Positions 47,942-58,000 of a stretch of DNA of 64,000 nt are shown piece after piece; positions within the stretch are counted from its first letter, which is position 1, and the number at the start of each line of letters is the position of its first letter. The DNA comes from a bacterium (GTDB taxonomy: Bacteria > Vulcanimicrobiota > Xenobia > Xenobiales > Xenobiaceae), in NCBI GenBank assembly GCA_030535355.1, contig JAUNIO010000004.1, positions 13,513-77,512 on the forward strand, read 5' to 3'. Position numbers and translations under genes: made by a program. The notes under the pieces were generated by a model. It ran no database searches. It was not told where the DNA came from and saw only the letters and a program-made list of their open reading frames with translations.

Positions 47942-50058
47942 TTTTCCGTCTCCGTAGCTGTTTTTCCCGCCGCTTTAACGGTGCGCGTGATCGCCGGGCC
48001 TATATCCTTAACGGTTGGAGTCCATTTATCCACGGTTTCCTGTATGGCTTTGCCGGGATCTTTAAAGAAACTGGTTTTATTCTTTTTCTGGGCTTCCTCT
48101 TCTTTTTTCTGAGTGGGGTCGCCGCCCCTGAATAGATTGCCCACCGCTTCGCCTATGCTCTGGTCGCGGTCTTTGGGTTTGTTGGGCTGGGCGCTGCGGG
48201 CTTTAGCGGCCTCTTTAAACCCCTGATCTTTCTGCAGGCGGCTGGCATCTCGCTGCGATTTATACGCTTCAGCAGCTTTTTTGGCCCGAGCAGCAGCCTG
48301 CTGCTCGGATTGAGTCTGAGTGTTGAGCAGATGCTGCTGCTCGCGATAGGCGCGGTTCTCTGCCGCGTTCAGAGGGCGCAGGCGCAGATCGAGGCGGGCT
48401 TCGATTTCGAAGACCCGCGGCCAGGGCAGGACGGCTTCCAATTTATAGCTTTCCAAAAACAGCGGTGTGCCGAAATTGGGATGGGTATAGCAGCGTCCTT
48501 TGAGTTTTTTCTGCCAGACGCTGGCGGCCCAGTCGATAGCCTTTTGCCGGGCGCTCATACCCGCGCCGCCGTATTTGTTCAGCAGCGGATCGGGGTCGCG
48601 GGGGAGGCCTTTGACCATATCGCTCAGGGTGGGGCGAATCAAGGCCTGGTAAGCGTAATCGTCCAGCAGCCGGGCCCAGGTAAAAGCCAATTGGGTCTTT
48701 TCGCTCTCCAAACGGTGGGTCTGATCCCAGGTGTGGCCGCAGGTGCGGGCAATCTCGTGGGCTGTCATTTGAGGTATAACCGTGCCTATAGTGTTGGCCG
48801 CCGTGTTCCAGGCCGCATAGCCTTCCAGGTCCCATAGTTCGATATCGTCGAGAATCGTTTCCGCCAAAATGGGATCGGCGCGATTAATTAAGCGCACATC
48901 GGCTACGCCTATGCGGCGCTTGTTGGCTTTGGCCCAGCGCAGACTCGTTCCCAGCTTGGCCGAGCGGGCTCTGTCTTCTTCGGTAATCTTAGCGGTATCC
49001 GGAGCTTCATAGGGCTTTTCCGACTGGGTCTCAATCCAGAGAATGGCCGCGCTGCTGATGACTTCAGAGCTCATGCCCGCCACGTCCCAGGCTCCGCAGA
49101 GATCGATGTGCTGTCTGACCGTGGTGTGGAGCGGTTTGCTTTCCAGCTTGGGAATTTGCCCTAAATCGGCGAGATCGGAATAGCACACCTGCAGGGCTGG
49201 GTGGCAATTCCAATACTTGCTCAGCCAGCCGGCGACCAGGCACATGCCAATTTCATCGGTCCCGTTGAGGATTTTCACTTTATCTGCCAGCTTTTTGTCT
49301 TTAATGGCCGCGCTGATTTTTTGTTGCTCTTCGGCACTGAGACCTTCTTTATTGCTATCGTCAGCGCAGAGAATCAGCGTCTTGATAGTGCCTTCCTGAG
49401 TTAATTCCAGCAAATGCTCGATAACTTTTACATTGCGCTGGCGCACTGCCATATATTCCTGAGAAATCTTTTCGGGAACGGTTTTGCTGAACTGCAGATT
49501 GGCATAGCTGGCTTTTCTAGCCCAGTTGAGTAAAGCGGTCTCGTGAGCGGCCTGGGCTTCGGAAGTGCGCAGAGACAGGCGGGGAAAACAGGCAAAGACG
49601 CACAGCTGCGAGGTTTGGGGAGCGACTTGGCGCAGGACTGCTAAATTCTTAATCGCCTGTTCGGGGCTGAGACCAGCTGTGCGCGAAGCGAGCAACCCCC
49701 CGTAAGCCAGCATATCGGCCGAAGCGATTGCGGTCCGTTTTGGCCCTTGGGCCGCTTGTTCTAAAAGCCACTGAGCGCAGGCGGCGGTATCGCCGGCTTT
49801 ATAGGCATGCCCGATGGCGTTATCTGGCGGCTGAAGTAGGCTGCCTCCGCCGATGCGGGCGATTTGGGCGGGAAATAAATGATTGGCGGGGCGGTCATCT
49901 AAGGGTATAAAAATGGCTTGCGGATACGCTTGATTACCTGCCGAGGCTCTGACCTGGACCGTGGCGCTCAGGCAAAGAGCGCCTAAAAAAAATATCGACA
50001 AAATTACTCTAATACTATAAAATTCAAAAGCGTACCTAGAGGTGCTTTTATTGGTCAT
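47938..50058 (-). CDS. Large secreted/membrane-anchored hypothetical protein with a Gln/Ala/Lys-rich C-terminal tail
   Basis: 706 aa. N-terminal hydrophobic anchor. The stop overlaps the nadD start by 4 nt. No family confidently recognised. Confidence 0.4.
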   Translation of the reverse strand: MTNKSTSRYAFEFYSIRVILSIFFLGALCLSATVQVRASAGNQAYPQAIFIPLDDRPANHLFPAQIARIGGGSLLQPPDNAIGHAYKAGDTAACAQWLLEQAAQGPKRTAIASADMLAYGGLLASRTAGLSPEQAIKNLAVLRQVAPQTSQLCVFACFPRLSLRTSEAQAAHETALLNWARKASYANLQFSKTVPEKISQEYMAVRQRNVKVIEHLLELTQEGTIKTLILCADDSNKEGLSAEEQQKISAAIKDKKLADKVKILNGTDEIGMCLVAGWLSKYWNCHPALQVCYSDLADLGQIPKLESKPLHTTVRQHIDLCGAWDVAGMSSEVISSAAILWIETQSEKPYEAPDTAKITEEDRARSAKLGTSLRWAKANKRRIGVADVRLINRADPILAETILDDIELWDLEGYAAWNTAANTIGTVIPQMTAHEIARTCGHTWDQTHRLESEKTQLAFTWARLLDDYAYQALIRPTLSDMVKGLPRDPDPLLNKYGGAGMSARQKAIDWAASVWQKKLKGRCYTHPNFGTPLFLESYKLEAVLPWPRVFEIEARLDLRLRPLNAAENRAYREQQHLLNTQTQSEQQAAARAKKAAEAYKSQRDASRLQKDQGFKEAAKARSAQPNKPKDRDQSIGEAVGNLFRGGDPTQKKEEEAQKKNKTSFFKDPGKAIQETVDKWTPTVKDIGPAITRTVKAAGKTATETEK

Positions 50059-50076
50059 TGGCGATTTTACCTCGGC

Positions 50077-51060
50077 GTGAAAGTGATGGGCATGAAAAAG
50101 TTAAAAATTCTACTTGCCTTGCTTATTATCCTATTTGGCGTTTGGGCGCTTCCCGCCAGCAGCCAGCTGCCTTCGTCGCACATTGTGGTCTCCTGCTTTC
50201 TCGACGAAGTGTTAGCGGTTATAGATGCCCGTGCCATCAGGCTTGTCAATAAAATTCCTATTTCTCAGATCAACGAACTGGCAGTCTCTCCCGACGGCAA
50301 GCTGCTGGTGGCCAGCATTTTTAACCGCAATTACATGCCGGTCTATTCCGGGCCAGGCCCCAATCTCCATCCCGGCACGATTGTGCGCGGCGATCATTTG
50401 GTGTCCACCAAGGCTATGGCGTTTTCCAAAGACGGGGCCCGCCTGTATCTGCTCAGCGAAAAAGAGGGGACCCTGTACGAGCTGCACGTACCCAGCTACA
50501 ACCTCATCAGATCGCTGAAGCTGCAGTACTACCGCCCTGAATCCATGATCCTCAGCAAAGACGGCACCAAAATGTATATCGCCCATCCCGAAGTGGGGGC
50601 GGTGTCCGTCATTGATCTGCTGCAGTGGGAATACGCGGGCAATCTGCAGTTCCAGGGCCATATCAGCGGCATCGCTTTGAGCCCCGATGAGAAAAAACTC
50701 TGCGTGCTCTATCCCAACGAAAGCCTGCTGAACATTTACGATGCCGAATCGATTAAGCCTATAGCTACCGCCCCGGTAGAGCGCGGGGCCTGTCAGGTCA
50801 AAGTCAACGACAGCAATGTGGCCGTCGTGCTCAACAGCGTTTCCAACAGCATTTCCATTATCAATATCAACAATACCCTGGACCGCCGCGTTCTAGCGGT
50901 CGGCAACGGCCCGCGCGATATCCTGCTCATGCCGGGGGGACAGGGCTGTTACGTAGCCAATTATACTTCGGGAGATGTTTCCGTTATCGATTTGAACACT
51001 ATCCGCCAGCTAGGGCGCCTGTACGTAGGCCGCGGGGCCTGCAGCCTGCGCTGGATGTAA
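50077..51060 (+). CDS. YVTN-family beta-propeller repeat protein, secreted
   Basis: Signal peptide. Repeated ..LYVAN..SG.VSVIDL.. and ..MYIAH.. blades are typical of 40-residue YVTN repeats. Confidence 0.6.
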   Translation: MKVMGMKKLKILLALLIILFGVWALPASSQLPSSHIVVSCFLDEVLAVIDARAIRLVNKIPISQINELAVSPDGKLLVASIFNRNYMPVYSGPGPNLHPGTIVRGDHLVSTKAMAFSKDGARLYLLSEKEGTLYELHVPSYNLIRSLKLQYYRPESMILSKDGTKMYIAHPEVGAVSVIDLLQWEYAGNLQFQGHISGIALSPDEKKLCVLYPNESLLNIYDAESIKPIATAPVERGACQVKVNDSNVAVVLNSVSNSISIININNTLDRRVLAVGNGPRDILLMPGGQGCYVANYTSGDVSVIDLNTIRQLGRLYVGRGACSLRWM

Positions 51061-51149
51061 TAGACGGATGTAACAGACCTTTATGTAACAGACCTTGATA
51101 GTTATGCGCTGCTTTATAGCTATGCGACGTTAAGCAAAGGAACGGGCAG

Positions 51150-52808
51150 ATGAAAACTCAGTGTAAATCTTCAACTGACAAACAACATGTTAAATGGCAT
51201 TTTAGGAATTTGCTGCTTTTAATAGGAGCAATATCCGTGCTGATCACCGGTGCTGTCTGCACTGCCTGCAGCGACGGGGGTGGATCGGCGGCAGCATACG
51301 GCGGCCAAGGCTCGCTGGTGCTGAGATTATCCCGCGAAACCGCTGCTGACAGCGCTTCTGCGGCGAGCAAAGGGTATATCAATAAGCTGGTGCTGCGCTT
51401 CTATGAAGGGCTGGAGGATCGCACGGCTGGCGCTTTGCTCTTTACCCGCAATATCGAAGTCGCTTCCGGTCAGTCCAGTGTGCAGATCGATAACGTTCCC
51501 GCCCCGCAGGATTATCTGTTTGTCGCCGATATTTACCTGAGCGATTCCACATCAGTTTACCGTTCTACGCGCTTTTGGGTCAGCACTAAAGTCGCTCAGA
51601 CTGTAAACGCTGAAGCGCTGGATTTAGACGTGGACAGCCTAGAACTTTCGCAGGATACAGCTGCTCTCACCGTCGGTGATACGGTTCAGCTCGCGCTGAC
51701 GGCGACTTATTTAGACGGCTTTAGCGAAGACGTTACCGAGTACGCTGTCTGGAGCGTTTCCGATGACGCTGTGGCCAGCATTGATGCGGGGTTAATCACC
51801 GCCTTGGGTTCTGGCTCCTGCACCGTGATAGCCGCTTACGGCGGTCAAGAAAAAGCCGCGATAATCTCCGTCTCCGGCAGCCCGGAACCCACTCCGTCTC
51901 CTTCGCCTTCGGTATCACCGTCTCCGTCTCCGTCGCCTTCACCGTCGCCTGAGCCTAAGGTGCTGAGTCATCTGGCTATAGATGTGACTTCTAAGACTAT
52001 CGGCGTAGATGAAACTGTTAACCTGAAAGTCACAGCCACCTATGAGGACGGTTCGGAAGAGGACGCCACCGAAAAAGTAACCTGGGAATCCGATGCTGAA
52101 GATATCGCTTCCGTGGACAGCAGAGGCAAGGTCACTGGGGTGAGCGCAGGCATTGCTCATATTACGGTATCTCTGGATAATGTGGTCTCCGATCCCGCGG
52201 TGATTACGGTGACTGATGGCCGAGCCGATCCCAATTTCTTTATCACCCCCGATGACACGGTCATACTGTGCGGGGGCCATCAAGCCCGTTTAGGGGCGAT
52301 ATTCCTCGACGCAAAAGGCACCAGAAACGATGTTACGCAGGAATGTGAATGGACCAGCAGCGACCCGGATTTGCTCGAGATTTCTGAAGAAATCAAAGGA
52401 GAACTGTTCAATACCAATACTCCGGGCACGGTGACCGTAACCGCTGTTTACACCGACGAGGCCGGGACGACGCATACGGCCACGGCTAAGGTGAAAATTA
52501 CCGACGCTGCTTTTAGTGGCACAATTGAACGGCCAGTAGTCTGTGACCCTGAAACCGCTACGATCAAAGTCGGGGAAGGCGTGCAGATCAATGTAATCGG
52601 CACCTTCGACGACGGCACCGAAGGCAACATCAACGCTCTGTTTACCGGAATGTGGCAGCTGAATGAAGGCGATTCGGCCTACGGGACAGTCGATGATTAC
52701 GGCTATGTCACCGGCACGGCATCGTCCGGAGAAAATTACATGACCGTCTGGTTCCACGATGAAGAGAGCGGCTACTCCGATGAGTCGCACATCACCGTGA
52801 CCGAGTAG
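51150..52808 (+). CDS. Big_2 (bacterial Ig-like) domain surface protein with Ser/Pro linker
   Basis: N-terminal anchor. Several Big_2-like modules (TVGDTVQL..TATY.DG..EDVT....W.S.D..VASID..G.ITA...G) and an (SP)n linker. Confidence 0.6.
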   Translation: MKTQCKSSTDKQHVKWHFRNLLLLIGAISVLITGAVCTACSDGGGSAAAYGGQGSLVLRLSRETAADSASAASKGYINKLVLRFYEGLEDRTAGALLFTRNIEVASGQSSVQIDNVPAPQDYLFVADIYLSDSTSVYRSTRFWVSTKVAQTVNAEALDLDVDSLELSQDTAALTVGDTVQLALTATYLDGFSEDVTEYAVWSVSDDAVASIDAGLITALGSGSCTVIAAYGGQEKAAIISVSGSPEPTPSPSPSVSPSPSPSPSPSPEPKVLSHLAIDVTSKTIGVDETVNLKVTATYEDGSEEDATEKVTWESDAEDIASVDSRGKVTGVSAGIAHITVSLDNVVSDPAVITVTDGRADPNFFITPDDTVILCGGHQARLGAIFLDAKGTRNDVTQECEWTSSDPDLLEISEEIKGELFNTNTPGTVTVTAVYTDEAGTTHTATAKVKITDAAFSGTIERPVVCDPETATIKVGEGVQINVIGTFDDGTEGNINALFTGMWQLNEGDSAYGTVDDYGYVTGTASSGENYMTVWFHDEESGYSDESHITVTE

Positions 52809-52928
52809 CTGAATTACTGGCGCTCCGTGCGAAAAATGCCGAGAATAGGTTTGCTCTTTATTCTCAGCTCTATTCTTTAGCACTTATAATTGAGCCGCCA
52901 TTAGACACTGTTGAACGGCGTTTAACAC

Positions 52929-52970
52929 AAAATCCGCTTCTTAGAACAGCATCTAGGAGGCGGATTTTAT
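52929..52970 (+). terminator. Hairpin terminator downstream of the Big_2 gene
   Basis: AAAATCCGC...GCGGATTTT (9-bp stem) followed by a T-run. Confidence 0.45.
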
Positions 52971-53010
52971 GTTAGGAGATTAGGCTAGGCAATATGTATG
53001 GGATTAGCCT

Positions 53011-53041
53011 GTTATCTATTGAATCTTATTTAATAGATAAC
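53011..53041. promoter_or_regulatory. Perfect 10-bp inverted repeat (GTTATCTATT-N11-AATAGATAAC), candidate operator of the downstream toxin-antitoxin operon
   Basis: Palindrome about 60 bp upstream of the Panacea antitoxin start, in an AT-rich promoter region. Confidence 0.4.
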
Positions 53042-53103
53042 AGTTATATAATCTATTATAATAATGCCGAGTATTACAAGTTTCGGAGAAGGAGACCATA
53101 AAA

Positions 53104-53535
53104 ATGGTAACAGTATTTGATGTTGCAAAGTATATACTAGAACAACTTGGCACGTTATCGACTATGAAACTTCAAAAACTCTGTTACTACGCTCAGGCTT
53201 GGTCGTTAGTCTGGAATGAAGAGCCTCTTTTTCCTAATGAGTTTGAAGCCTGGGTGAATGGCCCTGTATGCAGAGAACTATTTGTCGCCACCAAAGGCGA
53301 GGTATGCGTTGGGGCCAGCTATATAGAAGGAGATTCTTCGGTTTTATCTGAAGATCAAAAAAAGACAGTTAATTCTGTTTTAAAGTATTACGGCGATAAA
53401 GAAGCTAATTGGCTGAGTCAATTAACACACATGGAAGAGCCTTGGATAAAAGCACGAGAAGGTTTCCCTTCTGGTGTTAAATGTCATAATATAGTTACTA
53501 AAGAAAGTATGGCTAAGTATTATGGCAACCTCTAA
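53104..53535 (+). CDS. Panacea-domain (DUF4065, SocA/GepA-like) antitoxin
   Basis: VFDVAKYILEQ...TMKLQKLCYYAQAWSLVWNEEPLFPNEFEAWVNGPV is a close match to the Panacea/DUF4065 core. RBS GGAGAAGGAG upstream. AT-rich. Confidence 0.7.
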   Translation: MVTVFDVAKYILEQLGTLSTMKLQKLCYYAQAWSLVWNEEPLFPNEFEAWVNGPVCRELFVATKGEVCVGASYIEGDSSVLSEDQKKTVNSVLKYYGDKEANWLSQLTHMEEPWIKAREGFPSGVKCHNIVTKESMAKYYGNL

Positions 53536-53974
53536 GAAATCACGAAAAGACGATGGCCCTAATAAAAAGCACGATCCAGACAGCTATTTGTCTAAACCAC
53601 CAAGCTGGTGCTTTTTAAGCTGCGATACCGATACTAAGTGCAGATGGTCATTTTCTCAACATAGATTAAAAGAAGAATTTTGGACGCGCATATTTCTAAA
53701 GCTACAAAAGTTTGAGCAGATGACCTGGAGTGAGATTCAAATAAAGAGTAAAAAGCAAAATCATAGTAATATTGTTGAAACAATGAATAAATGCGCCAAA
53801 GATAGGCTTGATGAATTAGAAATTGAATATAATGCTTTATTTTCTCTGCGTTTAAATAGTACTGTCAGATTATATGGCTATCGTGAAGGAGCGGTATTCA
53901 ATATTTTATGGTATGATAATGATCATGGCGATAATGATACCTGCGTTGTCCGAAGCAGACTAAAACATACTTAG
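53522..53974 (+). CDS. Putative cognate toxin (PanT candidate) of the Panacea antitoxin, unknown fold
   Basis: 150-aa ORF overlapping the antitoxin gene by 14 nt. Lys-rich N-terminus. The C-terminal LRLNSTVRLYGYREGAVFNILWYDNDH resembles RelE/ParE-like beta-strand patterns only weakly. Confidence 0.35.
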   Translation: MATSKKSRKDDGPNKKHDPDSYLSKPPSWCFLSCDTDTKCRWSFSQHRLKEEFWTRIFLKLQKFEQMTWSEIQIKSKKQNHSNIVETMNKCAKDRLDELEIEYNALFSLRLNSTVRLYGYREGAVFNILWYDNDHGDNDTCVVRSRLKHT

Positions 53975-54044
53975 CTTGTTCTCATATATTGTAAAGCCTG
54001 CCGCCAGAACTATTGTTTGGCAAAGATGAGTTAAGGACTATAAT

Positions 54045-54926
54045 ATGGAATTGAGCGACCTAAAGCGAGCGTTGCTGTCACTTTTACAGACAGACGAAGA
54101 ACTGCGCAGTCTAATTAGCAGTATTTCCCGCAGCAGCGAACTTAGGGACAACGAGAAAAAGAATTCCCTGTCCGATTCCCGGGAAAATGCCGGGGCAGAC
54201 GGCCGGACGGATTATAGGCGCAGCGGGTACAATGAGGAGCTGCCAGAACCTAGAGATCGGCGCAGCATCGCTTTAGAAGCGGAAGTTAGGAGCCTGCGCG
54301 AGCAGCTGCGGCAGAAAGAGAATTCTTTGGTGAGTCTGAAAGAGGAATACCTGCGCCAAAAGCAGGAACTGGCGGATTCTGTTAGCGCCGCGCAACGCCT
54401 GCAGGTCAGCCTTGACGCGCTGCGCGGCGAAGCTGACTCTTTGCGGACCACCAACCAGCAGCAGTCTCAGGAACTGGAACGGCTGCGGCAGGAGCTGGCG
54501 CAGAGATTTCCCGAGGGATGGAAGCTGTTCCAAGCTTATCACAGCGTTTCTCAGCCGACCCGCGAGCTACTGCGCGGGGTGTTCGTGCGCGGGAACGATT
54601 TTACGTCGTTCATCTGCGGCGCGGCGCAGAGCGCTTCCCTGGAAAAGATTTGGAAGACCGTCAAGGGCTGCATCTCTCAGGGCAACACCCGGGACGCGGA
54701 TATTTTATGGGATATTTTCGCGTATGCTGTGAAGCTGGTCAATGCTTCCAAACCCGAGAAAGTTTACGAAATTCTGCAGGCGGAGCCGGGCATGCCCTTC
54801 GATTTGGAAGTGCACGCTTTGGCCCCGGGCAGCCGGGCCCAGGGCAATATCCGGGAGATCTACTTGCAGGGGTATAAAAACGTCTATGTGGGGCGCGTGG
54901 AACAAAAGAGCATCGTCAGCTTATGA
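54045..54926 (+). CDS. Divergent GrpE-like protein (coiled-coil N-terminal region plus GrpE-type C-terminal domain)
   Basis: Central heptad-rich segment. The C-terminus EPGMPFDLEVHALAPG....NIREIYLQGYKNVYVGRVEQKSIVSL parallels the GrpE signature G.PFDP..H.A......V..GY...R..R.A.V.V. Confidence 0.5.
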   Translation: MELSDLKRALLSLLQTDEELRSLISSISRSSELRDNEKKNSLSDSRENAGADGRTDYRRSGYNEELPEPRDRRSIALEAEVRSLREQLRQKENSLVSLKEEYLRQKQELADSVSAAQRLQVSLDALRGEADSLRTTNQQQSQELERLRQELAQRFPEGWKLFQAYHSVSQPTRELLRGVFVRGNDFTSFICGAAQSASLEKIWKTVKGCISQGNTRDADILWDIFAYAVKLVNASKPEKVYEILQAEPGMPFDLEVHALAPGSRAQGNIREIYLQGYKNVYVGRVEQKSIVSL

Positions 54927-55088
54927 TCATTGCGCCAAAGCGCTGCGCCGCAGTGACATATTTTGTCATTGTCAAAGATTATAATACGATATAACATAAA
55001 GCGGCCATTCTGGGCAGGTTTGGAACGGGGTGGCCGTATTTTAAATTATGCTTTTAGAGTAACAGAGCTTTTACAGGAGTGCAAACCG

Positions 55089-58000
55089 ATGTCCTTACCT
55101 ACCGATCATACCGCCCTCAAAACCGCTGTTAAGATTCCGGCTTTCCAGGTACCCGCTTTAGTCGCAAGCTGTATCGAAGCCGATATCGCCGCCCTGGCTA
55201 AAGATATTGCCGCTTTGTTTGAGGAGCTGGTTCCTATAGCCGAGCAGCGCTTCGTGATGATGCAGAATAAGGAGGTCTGGTATGATCGGGAAAACGCGGC
55301 TCTGTTTCCCAAGTTTGAAGCGTTAAAGCTGCCTACAAGCAATACGTCGTGCGACCCTGTCAAGACTTGGCCTGGCCTATCCTTTGAGGGTTTTGAATTT
55401 GTAATGATGACCAGAAATGAATTCAATACAAGTTTTCTAAATGGTTCTGGCAATCCGTACTTAAATGATGGAAATTATCAGTATTTTCCAATAGCAAGCA
55501 GCATTGTTCTAATAGCTGAAAAAAGTGGCAGCAAGACTGTATTTTGCTATGCTAACGGTAGCACTGGAGCCTGGTGTGACAGTGATCGTGTAACTATCGT
55601 TCCCATCTGCCGTCTCAACGGCAAAAACAGCTCAGCCGTGCCGCTGCTCCAGAGAATCGCGAGCTGGCTGGAGAACGACTTAATACCCCAGGGATTAAGC
55701 GCCCCGCAAATTGAAAAATACCAAGAACTATCCACAAGCTTCCAAAAGTATCTGCAGATTGAAAAATATCTACAGATTGAGAACAATGATAGCTCCATAA
55801 TATTTAAGGAAGCGGAATTTAAATCCGACGTTTTCTCCGGCTCCTTCACCCAAACCATCTTCGGCTACGACTTCGATTTGGCTGCCAAAACCGAGCGCGT
55901 CCTGCACCATGACGAAAAGCTCGCGTCCTCTGCCACCATCTCTGACTTTTTCCTCGGCTGCGATAAGCTGCGCGCCGATCTCGAACCCTACAAGGAAAAC
56001 CGCCTCACGGATCCCAATCTGGGGCACTGGGAACTGGCTGAGCCTGCTGACCAAGGGGATATCGAAATCGATCTTCCCCAGGATAAACCTTGGTACGCCC
56101 GCCCTCCCCAAATGGACGTGGCGGAAACCGGCACCTGCGCTATCGACTTCGGCACCAAAAGCACCGTGGTGGTCTGCCGCGATCGGGATGCCCGGTTGCT
56201 GCGCGTAGGCCGGGGCGACCTGTCCAAAGCTCCGACGGCGGCGGATTACGAAAATCCCACGGTCATAGAGCTGCGCGACTTAGAGGGCTTTATGCAGGCC
56301 TACCAAGCCCGAGAAGGGCGTCCGTACACAGAGTGGGAACAGCTGACCGTTTCCCATCAGGCCGCCGAGGCCATATTCCAGAACGACGACGACAGTTCCG
56401 TTTACTATTCGGTCTTCCGGGAACTCAAACAGTGGGCCAATGACAAAGACCGCCGGCTCATGCTGCGGGACCGTCAGGGTAAAGTTATCGAATTAAAGCC
56501 CTACGCAGAACTGACGGAAGGCGACTTCGATCCCATCGAGGTTTACGCTTATTATCTGGGGCTGTACATCAACAATATGCACAGACGCATTTATCTCGAC
56601 TATCTGCTGTCTTTCCCGGTCACCTATGAGAAAAAGGTACGGGAGCGCATCCGCCAGAGCTTCGAGCGCGGCCTCAGGAAGTCCCTGCCTCCGGCGATTC
56701 TGCGCGATGAAGAGATGATGGACATGTTTAGGGTGGCGGCAGGTGCCAGCGAACCGGCGGCTTATGCCATCAGCGCTTTGGAAGAGTACGGCCTGCAGCC
56801 CAAGAAAAACGGCTCTATTATCGGCAAGCCGGTGGCTTATGCGGTCTTCGACTTCGGCGGGGGCACCACGGATTTCGATTTCGGTATTGAGGAGATTCCC
56901 GCCGATGGACGGCGCAAATTCGTCATTCATCGCTTCGGGGCCGGCGGCGACGCTTATCTGGGCGGAGAAAATATTCTCGACCTCATGGCCTACGAGGTTT
57001 ATCAGGACAACCTGGAAAAAATGCGGGCGGAGGACATTCCCTTCGTTCTGCCGCCCGACTGCAAAAAGTTTGCCGGCGCGGAAACGCTCGTCAAGGAACA
57101 GGCGGAGGCTTCGCAGCAGGCCTACATGAACAGCAAGCGGCTGGCTCGGGAAATGCGCTGTATTTGGGAGCGGGAGAAGGATTACCGCGCCAAATTTGAA
57201 CAGGGCGACGTTTCGCTGATCCTGTTTTCCAATAAGCTGAAGAACGGTTCGGACAAGAGAGAAGTCAGCCTGAAGATCGACGTCGCTAAGCTGGAAAAAT
57301 GTATTAAAGAACGCATCCGCCGCGGCGTGGAGAATTTCTTTACCGCCATGATGCACGCGTTTGCGGACCGGGATGTTTTCCCCATTCATATTTTCCTGGC
57401 GGGAAACTCCTGCAAATCGGTGTTCGTGCGCCCTCTGTTCGACGAGTATATCCGGCATTACGAAAAAGAAATAGCCGCGGGAATGTCTGAAAGCAGCGCG
57501 CTGGAAAATGATTCCAGCGATATCTTTGTCCTGCATCCGCCTTTAGGGGCGGAGTGGCCCCCAGAACCCGTGCCCGAAAGAGATTATGAAGAAGAGGAGT
57601 GGCAGGAAAGCTATTGTGAACAAGATGTGCAGTGGGGCGAAATCAATTTTGAAGTCGCTGTATCTCCTGGAGCAGGGCACGGGCCGGAATATAAAGCAGA
57701 GGACAAACATCTGGCCAAGAATTTCGATCAGCTGCGCACCGGCAAAACCGGCGTAGCCTTCGGTCTGCTGCGCACCCGCATTAGCGCTCAGGATGTCAAG
57801 CTCATCGACGATGATGCCGTGAAAGGTGAGATTCCCTTCCCTTATTATCTGGGCGATATCGACCGGGAGGAGCATTTCCGCGTGCGCATCGGCCTAGAAA
57901 TCCCCTATGGACGCTGGATTCAGTTTACTTATGCCGACGAACCGGAATTCGAACTGTACTACACCAAAGAAGCCAGCTGCTTAAAAGGCGGTTACGGGCA

